A DNA stretch of 64,000 bases from the NCBI GenBank assembly GCA_037447605.1, contig CM074812.1, forward strand, positions 1,116,001-1,180,000, in the 5' to 3' direction. Source of the DNA: Zygnema circumcarinatum SAG 698-1b. Taxonomy: Eukaryota > Plantae > Zygnematophyceae. Of the stretch, positions 42,999 through 57,200 are shown one piece after another. Under the pieces are notes generated by a model. That model was not told the DNA's origin, did no database searches, and saw nothing but the letters and a program-made list of their open reading frames with translations. Position 1 is the first letter of the stretch; each line of letters opens with the position of its first letter. The position numbers and the translations under genes are program-made.

Positions 42999-45900
42999 AT
43001 GTCCCAATCAGCTAAACAAGACAGGACCGACGTGCCGCCCAAGAGGTCTGTGAAGGGAGGGAGCCAAGGCACCCCTCGGCCAGGGGGTCCCTCCGGTATT
43101 AAAGGCGGTGGCGCCGCGGGGTCGGGAGGCGGCACTCGCGGACCTCAGAACGCTGGCCGCGGGTACATGAGATTTTTAACTTTCGCATCTTGTACTGCGC
43201 TTCTGAACTGAAGGACATTCCTTTCACGTTTTGCTTAGATAGATCCCTTTCCGGCATGCTCGGGAGTAGTGTTTGACACATTTTTCATCCTTTTCCGAGG
43301 GCCAGAATAGCTATTTTTCCTGTTACTAGACAACCAGTCTGAAGCTGCCCTTGTTTTCGTTATAGGCGGTACCTCTTACAATCCATCACCTGCAATGATT
43401 AGGTCAAAAGTGTCTTTGTCATGATTTAGGTCTGGCCTAAGGTTCCAGAAGAGCGCCTCAGATATGTATGGAGGAGGAGTAGTGGCTTGAGTAACTCCGA
43501 CTTTCTTTCAAACCGCAGTGAGTAAGGTTTGATTACTAAGAAACGGGTACCAGCTAGTCGACTGTTACTTAATGGTCAACTTGCAGTGATTTCAAATTCA
43601 ATGAAGTGTAGTCAAATATCTTTTCGGGTTGGACGTTTTCTTGTCGACCTTCTCCTCCAGCTGCCCGTTCGTACGTTGTGAAGAGGCCCCTTTTCCATGA
43701 TTATTGGCTCGGCCTTAAACAATATTAACGATCTCAAGCTACTCATTTCCATTTAATCTGCAATAGAGCCATTTGTACCACTGAAATTCTTAAATAGCAG
43801 AGAGAGAGAGAGAGAGGGAGTTCTCGAGCTTTCGCCCTGAACGATATGGTCAACTGCTCCTCTTGTTCTTGTGTTTTTTTCTTTTTCAACAAGAGCAGGG
43901 GAAGGGAGTGCCTTAGTCCTAATTTTGGCCTCCGGGTGTGATCAGGGGCCCTGCTAAGCGCGTACCTAGTGGATCAGCAAATGGTGGACGAAGCGGGGTT
44001 TCTCAGGATGTCGGAACTGTCAAGCCCAACGTTCAGGCGCAGCAACCAAGCGGCCCGTTGCCTGGTAACGTTTTTTCTCCGTGCTAGACAGGATGAAAAA
44101 CCCGAAAGAGAAGGAGCCCCTCATCGATAAAGGTGTAACAGATTGGCTTTTTTGAGCCCTTGAAAGAGATAAAAGTGCATTTGTTTAGTCAGGGATAAGC
44201 CAGGGGTCAGGGATCAGGCTCTGAGGGTTGATTTTTGCACGCTTATGACAGCTGGCGGCATTACGACAATCAGCTTAGACTAACTGAGGTTCACAAGGGT
44301 GTAGAGATAGAAATTGAATTATTATGAAGTTGCAGAAGCGAAACAGGTTTTGATTGTCAGGACGATATTATATTGGCCAGTCACTTGTTCCATATAGCAG
44401 ATGGGGCTTCCTTGTAGACACGAGAAGCTAGTTTTGCATAAATCGTAGGAGCTGTCCATTCGATTAAGCATTTTTCTGGATGTATAGCGCCTCGGAGGGG
44501 TGGTTACAGAGGACTTGAATACCTGAGCAGTATTGACTGCTTCTGAAGTTTGTCCACGTACATGTCCTTTTGGATCTGATTTGAATCTCGAGGAGGATCA
44601 GAGACACAGCAGTACTGTCATGAAAAGGTCACTGTAGCCTTCCTCCATTGCTTTCGCTAATTTCTGGTTGGCGTCACTGGATTTTCACATGAAACTACAC
44701 ATGGGAAATCGTTAATGCCCCCAAAAGCCAAAAGTCTTTGATGTGGGTTGCTCCTTAAGTGAAAGGTTATGGTTACGGCCTTTCCTATTTATTACTAGTC
44801 GGTAATTAGTGGAAATAATTTAACCTTACTGCTGCTTGATTATGTTTGTTAACTTCTCATTAGGGGTATGTTATCATAAAGGTCGCCAGTTATCTACGTC
44901 ATGGACTTTGAGACTTCTGTTTTCATTTTTGGAGATAGGAAAGAGTCACTTTTTGTGTGACTTGAATTAATCAGTTGTTCCAGCAAGGCATTGGCTGTCA
45001 AAGCTTTGACTGAAATCATAGCTAAATTGTCCATGTCTATGAGTTTAAACACGTGTGAACCAGGAAACCTTGGCTAGCTTGGTGGGACCTGCTCGCTGTA
45101 GACTTTGTTTTAATTTTTAGTATTCGGGTTCTACTCTTGGCATTGTCACATTCCCTTTCTACCACAACACAATCAGGCGAACAGATTTGCCCTTTTTTCC
45201 CCTTCAAGTTAGCACAACTATGCTGGATTCTTACACTGGATAGTTCTTTGTTTTTCTTCGCTGTATTGGTCAGAGCCTGAGAAAAGCGGCCAAGGAGCTG
45301 GTCGTCATCGATGATTGTTTTTAGAATCAATATCCTTAACTGTAAAATCTCACTTGCTTTTGCCTTTGCAACTCACGATTTGCAGCCCCTCGACAAGGTG
45401 AAGAACCAGTCGGGGAAAATGGACATGTTGGACCGCCGCTTCCCGACTTAAGCGCACCAATCAATGGAGGGGGGCAGTTGGCGACTTCGAACAGCGTCCG
45501 GACTGGCCCTGTTCCAGCCCCTGTAGCCGCCCCAGCCTTTCCTGGCAGTGGGGCTACGGCAAAGCCGCCTGTGCGTTCCTTTGCTGCAGCTGCAGCAAGT
45601 GCACCTTCCAGCTCTCTACCTCCAATAGGTAGGGAGAAGTGATGATGATGAGGAGAGCTGTTTTATAGAATCTTGTCTATTTTAGGAAATTTGAAACATT
45701 ACAGGAGGCACAATAGAACGGACACATGGGCCACAAGGATCTGTGGCGTCCGGCACCTTTCAGCCCAATGATATTCATCGGACGAGCAACCTCTTGTTTT
45801 TTGAACCTCCTCGTGGAGTCGCGCATGGCTGTTTATGTCAATGGCACAGATTAAATCATGAGCCAAACATTTTGCCGCATTTTTATGACATTGAGAGAAG

Positions 45901-48204
45901 TTTACCGTTGTCCTAGTTGTTATTGTTCCTTTGTCTTGTTTGGATGCGTCCTGCTATGTGGAGATCACAGGTTGACTTAAGTTTGGCATATTATCATTTC
46001 GTCAAATTTGCAGCTATTTGCTCGAGGCTGGCTGAAGTAGGATAGCGTGCAAGCATGTACTGAGGAACCGTCTCTCACCTTTGCTCTATTGCAGCATCCC
46101 CCCGGACAACAGCAGCGAAGCCATCAACACCAAGTGCTTCTGAGGTTGGAGGTCTGCAATTTGGAAGTTTTGGAAGTATTGTCCCCAACAATGTACTCCA
46201 TGTATGGCCTTGACTCTACTCGGGCTGGCCCTTCAGTTATTCAGTTACCCTAACCCTTCAGTTATGTCTGATATTCATTCGTCTGGCAATTCTCTTTCCG
46301 ACAAAACGATATACCCTTACCAACGTTTTTTTTATTTGGAGAACCGGCTTTGGTTTTGCAGGTCCCGCCAAGGACAAGCTCCGCACCTCCCAACCTAGAT
46401 GAACAGAATCGCGCTCGTGTAAGTACAAAACGAGCGTTTCTTTAAAGGATTATTTAGCTTTGTCATTGAATACGCTGTTCATTTGGAAATTCAGTCCTTC
46501 CATTCTTTAAATACTTTTATAGGTAAATGTCGTTTCTGGCTTTGGCTGGTGAAGTATGTACCACATAGAAGTTATAGGCCTAGTTTTCCAGGCACAAGTG
46601 CAATTGAGCTGGGTTTCTCCTGCAGCATCGAAGTTTTCATGTGGTGTCTTTGGAACGTTGTTCTTCCTTGGCTTATTACCTGATCTCAATCAGGATGTTT
46701 TGACGATACATTTAGTTTTGCCTTTCATGCGTGACTTAACATTCTAAGTTTGAACACCGTTTCAGGAGAAACAAGCGCACCTTGAGAGAGTCGATCCCCA
46801 AAAGAGACACCCACAGCAACAGACACCGCAATCAAAGGTTAGAGAATGGGACTTTTTCGCTTTATTTTGTCGTATTGGAGGCCTAACTTTGAGAAACACG
46901 CATTTCTGTCGAATGCTACTTGGAGGTCTGGGCTGTGAGTCACGAAGTCAATTGAGATTAATGCAAATTTTCTTTTCGCCGGGGTGAGGCGAGTCGAGAG
47001 AACTGTTGAATTGACTTAGGTGTTTATTTTCAACCGTTGGAATGGTCACAATTAAAAAGTTATATTATTGGCTCAACAGAAAGCGACACCTCTAGGAGTC
47101 TTTCATCAAGTCTTCTTTAGCACTGTATTGCAGTCTATGCATTCAACCGAGTGAACTCTGCATATAGCACGTAAATGCATGATGGGGTCATGAGCATGGG
47201 TATCCTGCAAGTCCTTTCGACAATGTCAAGTCATCAATTTCTTATGTTTCCTACAATCAAAGTTGATATTCAGGTTTACTCAGGAGGGTACCAAGTGAAT
47301 TTGAATGTATGTTCATAGTGGAGTGGGATCATAATGGCCTTAACTCATTTGGACTGTGTTTAATATTCGCACAGTCATCCGGTCTAGAGTTTTTCGTTTT
47401 CAATGGCTGCTAAAGATCACGGAGTAATCGAAAGTGATGCCATGCGTTACAGAACTGTGTGCAGTTGAAAGACATGTATGTGTGTGCTACGGACTGAAAG
47501 GAGATGTTACGGACTGAAAAACTGTTTGTATCGATTGTGTGTTGAATCTCTTGAACGATTTTTATGGAGCAGTAAGTAATATTCATGAAAGTCTCGTATC
47601 CCAGAGTAAGCAAGTTGGTTCAAACTTCCACTTCGGTTCAATTGCAGGCAGAGTTATTCGGGTTTTGAATTTTGCTTCTTTTTTTATCCATTTGGCATAC
47701 GTTTTCATAGGTCCTTATGCTCTCGTTGACCATCGACTCAGATTTTGACCAATTTGAGTAGCTAGCTAGTTTTTAATTAAATTTTTATATATGTACATTC
47801 AATCCAAGGGCATGAGTTGCACGAGGGCAACCGCTTGCAAGTGCTGCGGCTGACTTACTAGCAATAGGGGTCGAGTACATACTCTCTATGTGTCATTTTT
47901 AGGAAGGCGATTTCATGCACCTGCTGTAGGTAACCTGTAGGGCATACTGCATTATTCCAGCTAATGACACTTCCTTGTGATTTTAGCGACTGCTGCAGGT
48001 GGCATCAGGAGTTGCCGACACAACGATAAGCCAGCAACCTAGTGAGCAACGTCCGCCATCTAGTGAACCTATCTCAGAAGCAACAGGCCCATCTGCGGCC
48101 GCACCGGTTCCGAAGCCTCATATCGGTCCCCAACTCCCAACTCAAGCTTTGGCTCCACCTCCACTTCCACCTCCAAACCATTCAAAACCTGAAACCGATG
48201 CATT

Positions 48205-48235
<31 letters not shown>

Positions 48236-51200
48236 GTCCGGCTTGCTCAGCAAATGCAGGCGCATGAGCATGCTTCCTCACAAGGAGGGCAGCAGACTCC
48301 CCAGCAGGGGTATGCTCAAGCATATGGTCCTAGCCATAGTGCTCAATCCCATCAACCACCAATGCAGGAGAGGAAAAGTGTGAGCAACAGCAGTGGCCCA
48401 ATGAGAGTTAGCGGCCTGCAGGGACAGGGCCACGGAGGGTCTAGTCATAGCATGGGAACTGGGCCTCAGTCCCAATTGCCCGTATCGGGTAGCCATACAG
48501 CGCTGCATGGGCCGCATGGTGGCGCAAGTTTGGGTCTCCAGCCACCACAGAATCTGCAGGGGGTTGTTGCTAGCGGACATCATATGTTGCAATCACAGCA
48601 ACAACAGCAGCAGCAGGCAATGAAGTATCCTATGCAGGGGGTCCCCGTGGGTAACCAGCATGCCAATCAGCAGCAGCAGCAGATGATGACTGGACTCCAC
48701 ATGCGGCAAGTGAGCGGCAATCAGGCGGGGGTTGGCGGGCAAACTTATGGCCCAGGTGGAAACTTCAATCCAGGAGTTAGTTATGGCACTCCACAAGTTC
48801 AGCCTCGTGTGAGCAAAGCGATAAAGATTGTCGACCCAGTTTCTAAGGAGGAGGTAAAATTGGATCCTCCGAAACCATCCAAAAAACTGGAGGCAATGAG
48901 TGGACCTAACTCAGGCAGTGAGACTGTTGGGACTGCCACTATTGGTGGTGCATCAGTTCTTAATCAAGGTCTTGCTGGAAGGCCTGGCTCGTCAGGAGGA
49001 ATTCAGCCTCCACAGAGGCTTCCGTACGCCCAACCTCCGCAGGCATACTTCAACCAGAGTCAGTACCAAATGCAGTACATGCCCAAAGCAGGGCCGCCTC
49101 CTCAAGGGACACCAGGAGTTATTCCTGGGCAAAACCGGTATCCAGCCGGATACAATGGCCAAGGAATGGGCGTAACAGGATTGACAAACTTAGGTCAGTT
49201 TTCTGTACAGGGTGCAGCGCTGGGGGCAAAGCCGGGTGACTTGGGAGCTAATGGGGTTAACCATATGTTTTTTAGTCAGGGTATGGGCCCCAACATGATG
49301 CCGCAGCCGCCAATTGGAGGTCTGGGAGCCATGAATCTGAGAGGGGGACAAGGTGTGTCTCATCAGTTGCCAGCAGGCATGGCGCAGTCTCGCCAAGCAA
49401 TGCCGGGAATGGCTGGTGGACCTCAGGGCAAACCTTCATTGGGAACTCCTCAAGGAATGGGGACTGCTGGGATGCCTCTCAACTCACTAATGGATCCCAA
49501 CATGCCAACAGGGCCAGGTTTTGTGTTGCAAGGCGGGTCGGAAGGAAGTATGGTTATGATAAACCCAGCAGATAAGCAGGCAGCCTATGCTGGGGTGGCT
49601 GGGAATGCTATTGGTGGTAGTTTCTCGTCGGTTTTGAGCAGTAGTATGCAGGTCCCTGTCCGGGGTCCCGTGCCCACTGGAATGCTTCCAGGAAATCAAG
49701 TAGGGGTTCGCCCTCCTAGTCAGCCTCCCGGTTCTAAGCCCGGGACTCCAACAGGGGGCAGACAAGCTACAGGTGCGATGGGCAGTGCTGCTCAGCCCCT
49801 TAAACAGTTGGATAATGGTGGCAGTGGAAAACCTGGAGCAGGGATGGTCAGGGATCGAGAGGCGGCCGGATCACAACAACAGAAAAAGGGAAATAAGAAG
49901 TCTGGCAGACAACAGCCTGGGTCGACGCAGGTTCTGACTCAGCAGGTTGTTGGCCAAGGACAAGTCTCTTCTCAGAATGTATCAGCAGGGAATGCGTGGA
50001 TTCAAACTGGCAGCAGCATGTCGACAACTGTTGAAGATGCCCCCCCTGTAGTGGAGGGAAATGTTTCTGGTAGTTCTTTACCTGCGATAACTCCAGCAGT
50101 CCTTTCTCCTGCGATTGTGAATCCGCCTCCCACAGGTTGGGTTTCAGGAAATATGGCAAATAGACGCCCCTCAGAAGCATCAGTTTCTGGGGGCTCTGCA
50201 CCTGCTGGGCCACATGCAGTTAGAAGTCCGCAGGTCTCTCAAGGTGCTCGAGCTCAAGGAAACACTCCAGTGGTTTATGCCAACCAACCCACCTCGGGAA
50301 TGGGGGGCCGCCCAATAGTAACAATTTCGCCACATGATGGCAGTGGGTGGAGCAAGGATGTAAAGCAAGGAGACGCTGACATGTGGCCAGCAGATTCTCG
50401 CCAGATGCCGGCGGTCGATGTTTCAGCAGCAGATGGGAAGTCTTCTGAGTCAGTGGTTAAACCGGACGTTGAAGGTATCTCAGTCTCAGCTGATGACCAA
50501 GGCGAAACACCTTCACAAGCTATTCGGCTTGACACCTCAGACCATGCGAAGCCCCTTAGTTCTCCAATTGAGTTGGAAGCAACTGTATTGACACCTGCTA
50601 CTGGAGTTTTACCCACTGCTGCAATGGCGGCAGCAGCGTTGCCTCTGCATTTGGAGCGACCTAGTGAAGGAGAAGAGGCCTTTCAGCACGCTGCCATTGA
50701 AGGAGCGAATGGTCAACTTCGTTCTGAAACTCGCAGCTTGCCTCCAGTTTCTGATGCGGGCATTGCATCAAGCTCGGGAACTGACGTTTCTAGCATCTCC
50801 GGTGAGTCAGCTTCAGAGGTGGAGGCCATGGAATCTGATGTACGTTTAAAGTCGACTTCGTCCGAGGCAGACATTCCATCGACACCTGCTCCGACCCCGA
50901 TTCCTAGTCGGGAGTCCTCTATGCATGGTGAATCGACTATTCCCACAGAGAGTTTAAGTGTCGACACATCAAGGATTATGCCAGAACACAGTGCGGATGC
51001 AGTTGAGGCTCTGACTGGCGTCTCCAAAGAGCCGGTTTGGGGAAAGAGCGCTGATGCAAAGCACACAGAAAATTTGGATGTTGTGAATCAAGAGTGGCCA
51101 GCTCTTTCTTTAAGCTCTTCATCAAAACCTCGTTCCATGAAGAAGACAAATAGCACGGATATGTTGAGCACTGTTGATGGCTCTCTTGACATTCGTACAC

Positions 51201-54200
51201 AAGGGGCTGCAGATTCTGAAGAGACGAAAATCGCAGAGGATGGCATTGCTACAATTGCTGTGGAGAAGAGTCAAGAGAAAATCGAAATTGAAGAAACTCT
51301 GTCGACAGTACCGGAGGGGGAGAGTGCATTTGGTAATGCACCAGCGGAGGCAGTTGAAGGAGAGTTGCCTCCTGCCGGCTTGCTTAGTGTACATGCTGTC
51401 GTTGACATTGCTGGGGCAGGAGAGGTCCCTCTGGAAACTGAAGTTTTGGATCAGAATGCGGTAGTCATATCAAAGGACACTTTGCCCGATGTTGTAGATG
51501 AAGCTTCAAGGGAAACTGGGTGTGGGGTAGTCAGTGGTGAGGAAACAACTTCTATGTTGCCAATTGATGCTTCTTTGAGTCCCCCCAAACCTGAAGGTTC
51601 TGAGCCCTCTGATGTGGAGGCGACCGCAGTTGAAATTCCGTCGGTAGAGGTTAGTTCTGTGGTGGTGCAGGGAAGTGCTTCACCTATAGCAGAAGATAGT
51701 GTTGCTGCGCTGTCTGTGAAGGAGGAAGCAAATGCTCCTCTTATAGTGACTTCAGAAGTTGATACTGGTGAGGAAAGTAGAAAATCTGACAGGGATGATG
51801 ACAGCAGCACGACAGCGATTGCAGGTGCTGTTGTAAGTGAAGAATTGGGAGGTAGCACTCAAGCCTTTGCTTCTGATGACACCACGCATGCGACAACAAT
51901 CACACACGGTATAGATGGAATGGAGAACAGTGTAGGAGAGAGGCCGCATGCTGAAGCAGACCCTCCAGGAAAAGATGTGTCCGGTGCTGTTGAATCAGAT
52001 TCTCCTGAGGAGGAGGCGCAGGCTGGTCAGGGAGGGCCCGAGAGTTTATCGACATCAGAGGGAGGCGCGGACCCTTCAGAAGGAGGAGAAGAATGCAGAA
52101 TAGAGAAGGGTGAGGCAGCGACTGAAAGTGTGGAGGTCACTGGAGGCAATTCTGAAGGATCGGCCGAAGATCAACATGCAGCACAGGTGGAGCCAGAAAA
52201 GGGATTGAGCGGTGCTAGTGGGGCTTCGGCTGCAAGCAAGAAGAAGAAAAGGAAGGACATTCTTGCAAAAGCAGATGCAGCGGGCAACCAGAGCGACCTT
52301 TACAACGCATACAAAGCTCCCGAGGAGGAAAAGAAAGCGGATGACAAGGAAACGACAGAAATAAGCGGTAAAGCAGATAAATCCAAAGATGTTCCGAAGA
52401 AAGGATCCACTGTCTTTGTTGAAAAGCCGTCATCGGCAGAGCCGGATGATTGGGAGGATACTGCTGATTTGCAGACCACAAAGGTGACACCAACGGGAGC
52501 TTCGACTGCAACTCGTGAAGAACCCCGTGCTGCAGACGAGGCAGAGCAAGAAAACATAGAGAAGAAGAAGACCTACACTAGGGATTTCTTGTTCACTCTA
52601 CAGTACCATTGCGGTGAACTAACACTTGAAAAGAGGAAAGCCATTGGTGATGATTTACTCGACAAAAATCCTGCCTCAACCCCAGTGAAAACTCCGGGAG
52701 GAGGAGGAGGCGGAGGAGGTGGAGGGGGAGGAGGAGGAGGAGGAGGAGGGAGAGTGGTTGACCGCAGCAAAAGCATGCGAGAAGGGGGGATGGATGACGA
52801 CAGGTGGGCAAAGCCTGGAGGGGGAACTCCTACAAGAGGTGGCCCTATGTCCGGGGATGTCCGTTTAGATGCGGGAGCAGGAGTTATGGGAAGCTTCAGA
52901 CCCGGAGGATTGGGGTTGGTTTTTCCTCCTCAATTGAGGCCAGGTTTCCCCCCCGGTCTGCAGGTCCCACAGGGGCTGATGGGAATTGGGCCACTTTTGA
53001 GGCCCGTAGGGCCTGTGGTAGTGCGGCCAAATGGCATAGATGCTGACAGGTGGCAGAAGGCTCCCATGCAGAGAGCCGCCCAGCCTCCTGCACGCGTCCC
53101 TTTGCCAGCCATGCACAAGTCGGCAAATCGATATGAGGTTGGGAAGGTGTCGGATGAGGAACAAAAGAAGCAACGGGCGATCAAGGGAATTTTGAATAAA
53201 CTTACGCCACAAAACTTTGAGAAGCTGTTCGAACAGGTACGTTTTTGTCCTCCCTCGACCGGCGATGCAATAGTGACATCAGCAAATAACTGAGACATGT
53301 CGAAAAAGTGGAAGCATGTCAAATTCTTGAATCGTGTGGCTTTCATATAGTGCAGTCTCCATTGCCTCTTGTTGACCCTTTGAAATTGTACTGCTTTGGG
53401 CAGGTTAAGGAGGTTGGCATCGACTCCCAGGAAACTTTAATTGGTGTCATTTCCCAGATTTTTGACAAAGCGCTTTTGGAGCCCACTTTCTGTGAGATGT
53501 ATGCGCAATTTTGTAAAGCCCTGTCGGAAGAGATGCCCAGTTTTGAGAATAAGAACGAGGCGGGTGTAGTTGAGAAGGTTACATTCAAACGAATTCTTCT
53601 GAATAAGTGTCAAGAAGAGTTTGAGCGGAACATCAGTGAAGAGGCAGCAGCTATGAAGCAACAAGAAGGGGAGGAGGAGGTCACCGAGCAGCAGTTGGCA
53701 GCGAGACGGCTTAAGGCGCGGCGGAGGATGCTCGGGAATATTCGATTCGTTGGAGAGCTTTTTAAGAAGGGCATGCTGTCGGAGCGCATCATGCACGAGT
53801 GTGTGTTGAGGCTGCTTGGGGATGTGGAGGTAAGCAGGCGTCTCCCAGTATGTAACAGAAAAGAAAGTGAGGTAGAGAAGGGAGACGAGATGGGTTACGG
53901 ATGTTCTTTTTCCTTTTCTGTTTTGGGTCCTTCATCAAATTTTTCAGATCGAAGTGGGTTCTATAAAGCCAAGGGTAGAAGAGTCTGAATATAGAGTTAT
54001 CGTCGTCCTCCTCAGTGGTGGGATTAAGTATATGGATTCTGTAGAAATTTCTGTTTCACCGTTGGTGCTCCATACTTCAGTTCCAAATGCTCAAACCTTA
54101 CTGTTTTGCACTTGTATCTGTATGTTCTCTTGCATCGACATCCTCTGTCAGTAGTGAAGTTCTAGGGAATCTTGTCTGCTACATTACGAGCTATCGACAT

Positions 54201-57200
54201 TTTGTCAGTCAAGTGACCCATTTGTTGGAAGTTGGGGCCTTTCAGAATCCGGATGAGGAAGATGTGGAGGCGTTGTGCAAACTCATGGCCACCATCGGAA
54301 GCATGCTGGACCATCCCAAGGCAAAGCAGCACATTGATGCGTATATGAGCTTCATTGACTCGCTCTCAGTTAATCCAAAGCTGCCGAGTCGGATCAGGTT
54401 TGCTTTGAAGGATCTCCTCGACTTGAGAAGGAATCAATGGCAGGCAAGGCGAAAGGTTGAAGGCCCCAAAAAGATCGAAGATGTTCATAGGGATGCAGTG
54501 CGGGAGAGACACGATGCCGTTGCCAATGCAGGCAGGCAGATGATGGACAGGTCCTCCTCTCGTGGTGGAAGAAGATCAGACATGGACGCGCCCTCTTTCA
54601 GAGGCCCTCCGCCTATGAGGGGCGGAATGGCTGCTCCGCCACTGTTCCCTACAGGCCCTCCTAGAGGTGGTCTGCCGGGAGGTCTGAGTGGGAGACCGGG
54701 GCTTGAGTTGAGAGAGGAGACTGTGATTCCTCTCCCATTGAGAAGGGAAGAAGGAGACATTAAGTTGGGTCCACAGGGCGGTTTGGGAAGATTGGCTCCC
54801 GCAGGAAGGCCAATGGGAGGCTTTGCAGGTCCACTTCGGAGTGCTCTCACTGATTCCGCTCCACCATTGTTGGGAGAGAGGAGACCTGGGCTTGTTGGGC
54901 CATCACAGTCTGCAGGGAGAGAGGGAGAGTTGGGACTTAGACCCCTGGGAGTGGACAGGGGGAGCTTCGACCGATCAACCGCATTTGACCGCAGTAAGGT
55001 TGATAGCCGCGGAGCTGCTCCTGATCATGACAGATCAGACCGACCTCCAGAAAAGGGAGTAGAAAGGCCAAGTGAGAGGACCTCGGAGGCAGCGGGAGAG
55101 AGGCCGGCTTCACGGCCCGTAACACCGCCTGCCCCATCTCCTGCTCTACAAGAAGCTCCGCAGCTCTCAGAGGAGGAGATGAATCGGAAAAATGCAGCAA
55201 CCTTTACGGAGTATCTGAGGTGGGTCAACTCTTGAACTGTCTGAGTTTGAGCATAGCGGGCACCTGGTAGTGGCTTTCCATGTTTACCAGCTATCCCAAG
55301 TTAATTGGTGGTTAACCAAAAGCCAGTGGTTAGCTAGTGGTTTAACCAACAACACCCAAGTGGCTTTTTCTGACGAGTGTCAATTGTTTCAAAACAGGTG
55401 TGCTGCTCTCCTCACTTCATGTGGCATTTCCTGTGCAGCTCGAAGGATCTGAACGAAGCTGCAACCTGCGTGGAAGAGCTTAGACATCCTGAGTCTCATT
55501 CGCGCACTGTATTGAGCTGGTTTATTACGGCCCTGAATCAAAAGTCGTCACAGAATGCTCCTGCTGCATTGGCGGACCTTTTTGTGGCTCTATCTACCCG
55601 GACCCCGCCTGTATTCACCACCGAGCATTTAATCAAGGGGTAAGAAAAACGACTTGACTTAAAAAAGCTGCTTTCTGTGCTTTTCAGTGGCTGTGATTTC
55701 ATCCAATGACAACGAGCTGATACGTGCTGTAGGCTTCGCGTTGTTTAAACTCCCCTTCCCCTCCCTCCTCCCCCTCCCTCATTCCCCCCCCTTCCCCTCC
55801 TACCTCCTCCCTCGTTAGGTATGTCTGGTTTCAACACCTTTATTGATGTTAAGGCAAAATGTGCCTATACAGCTGATGCATTATATGATTGAGTTGTTGG
55901 GTGGCAGTTTTGAGCTCGTGTTGTATCAGCTCGAGGATGTGACTGTGGATGCGCCCAAGGCCCCAAGTCAGGTCGGTGGATATATGGGCCGACTCGCTGC
56001 AGCGGGAGTACTGCCACTTGCTGCCATTGGGAAACTCCTAAAAGAAGGGGGAACAGAGCGCGGTTCATTAGTGGAGGAAGGCATAGCGATAAGCGTTCTT
56101 GAGGCAGTCTTGTCTGCGATCAAGTTAGAGAAGAACGAGGAGGGGTTGGCGGAGCTTTGGAAAGGGTCTGCGCTGAAAGTGGAGGACTTTTTGGAAGAGG
56201 AGATGCGGCGGAATCCCGCTGTCGTGGATTCGTTCTTGGAAAAGTTTGGGCTTCTGCAGATGCTTAGACCGGTACAAGCTTACTTAACAACCTGTAGCAT
56301 AGACCTGCGGCAACCAGTACTCAATTGATAACTCGCAGCAGTCTGCATGGAGGGTCTCAGATTTACGTTACGAATGGCTGCACGCCAAGCAGTTCAATTG
56401 CATTGTTCAGTACTTATTTTCTAAATTGCTTGTCCAAAGTAAAACTCTTAACCGAGGTTTTTTTTTTTCATCTCTTTGTGGGGTGGGTGGGGAATGGTTG
56501 GTCTTCTGCAGCTTGCTGCAGTCGAGAAGTATTTGGACGAAGCTTTTGCGAGTGGCGTTTCAACAGATGAAGTGAGCAAATGGTTAGAGGTGCGGTTCTC
56601 GCCCACTCAACCCTGATGCTTTTTGCATGCAGAACGAGAAGATGTTAAGTATAGCCTGTAGTTTATGCATGCAAGGCACGTCCAGATGTTTTGTTAGTTG
56701 CAATTTATTGATTTCCATTGCCACTTGATGGCTTAGGGACGCTTAAGGGAAACTTTTGTCACAGTTGTAAAGTTAGTTGAGCTCAGATGGAGAGTTTTAA
56801 GTTCTCAGAGATGTGCAGGCTTTGGAACTGAACTTGCTTTTAATTTGTGTGGGAGGGGGTGATGTGGGCAACAGAGCAACCTGCCCTCCGCTTCACAAGG
56901 CAGCCATGAATTTTTTCGAGTCCTGATGAAGCGGCTCTTGCAAAGTGCGCTGCAATTACAAGGAGAAGCGGCTTCCGATTCGTCCGTAAGTTTGTTATAT
57001 ATATTTTCTCTTTCTCCTTAATGAATGCCAAGGTGTCTGTTTGGCGAGTCTGTCTGCATACTTTAGTGTGAGACAAGCCTATCGTGTGTTTGCCTTCTAT
57101 TCGTCCTTCGATATTGTGTGGGGATGCATTTGACTTACTATGGGTAAAAGGCTCCATCCGATTAACTCTTCCGCTCGTTTTACTGACGGCATTTCAGCAT

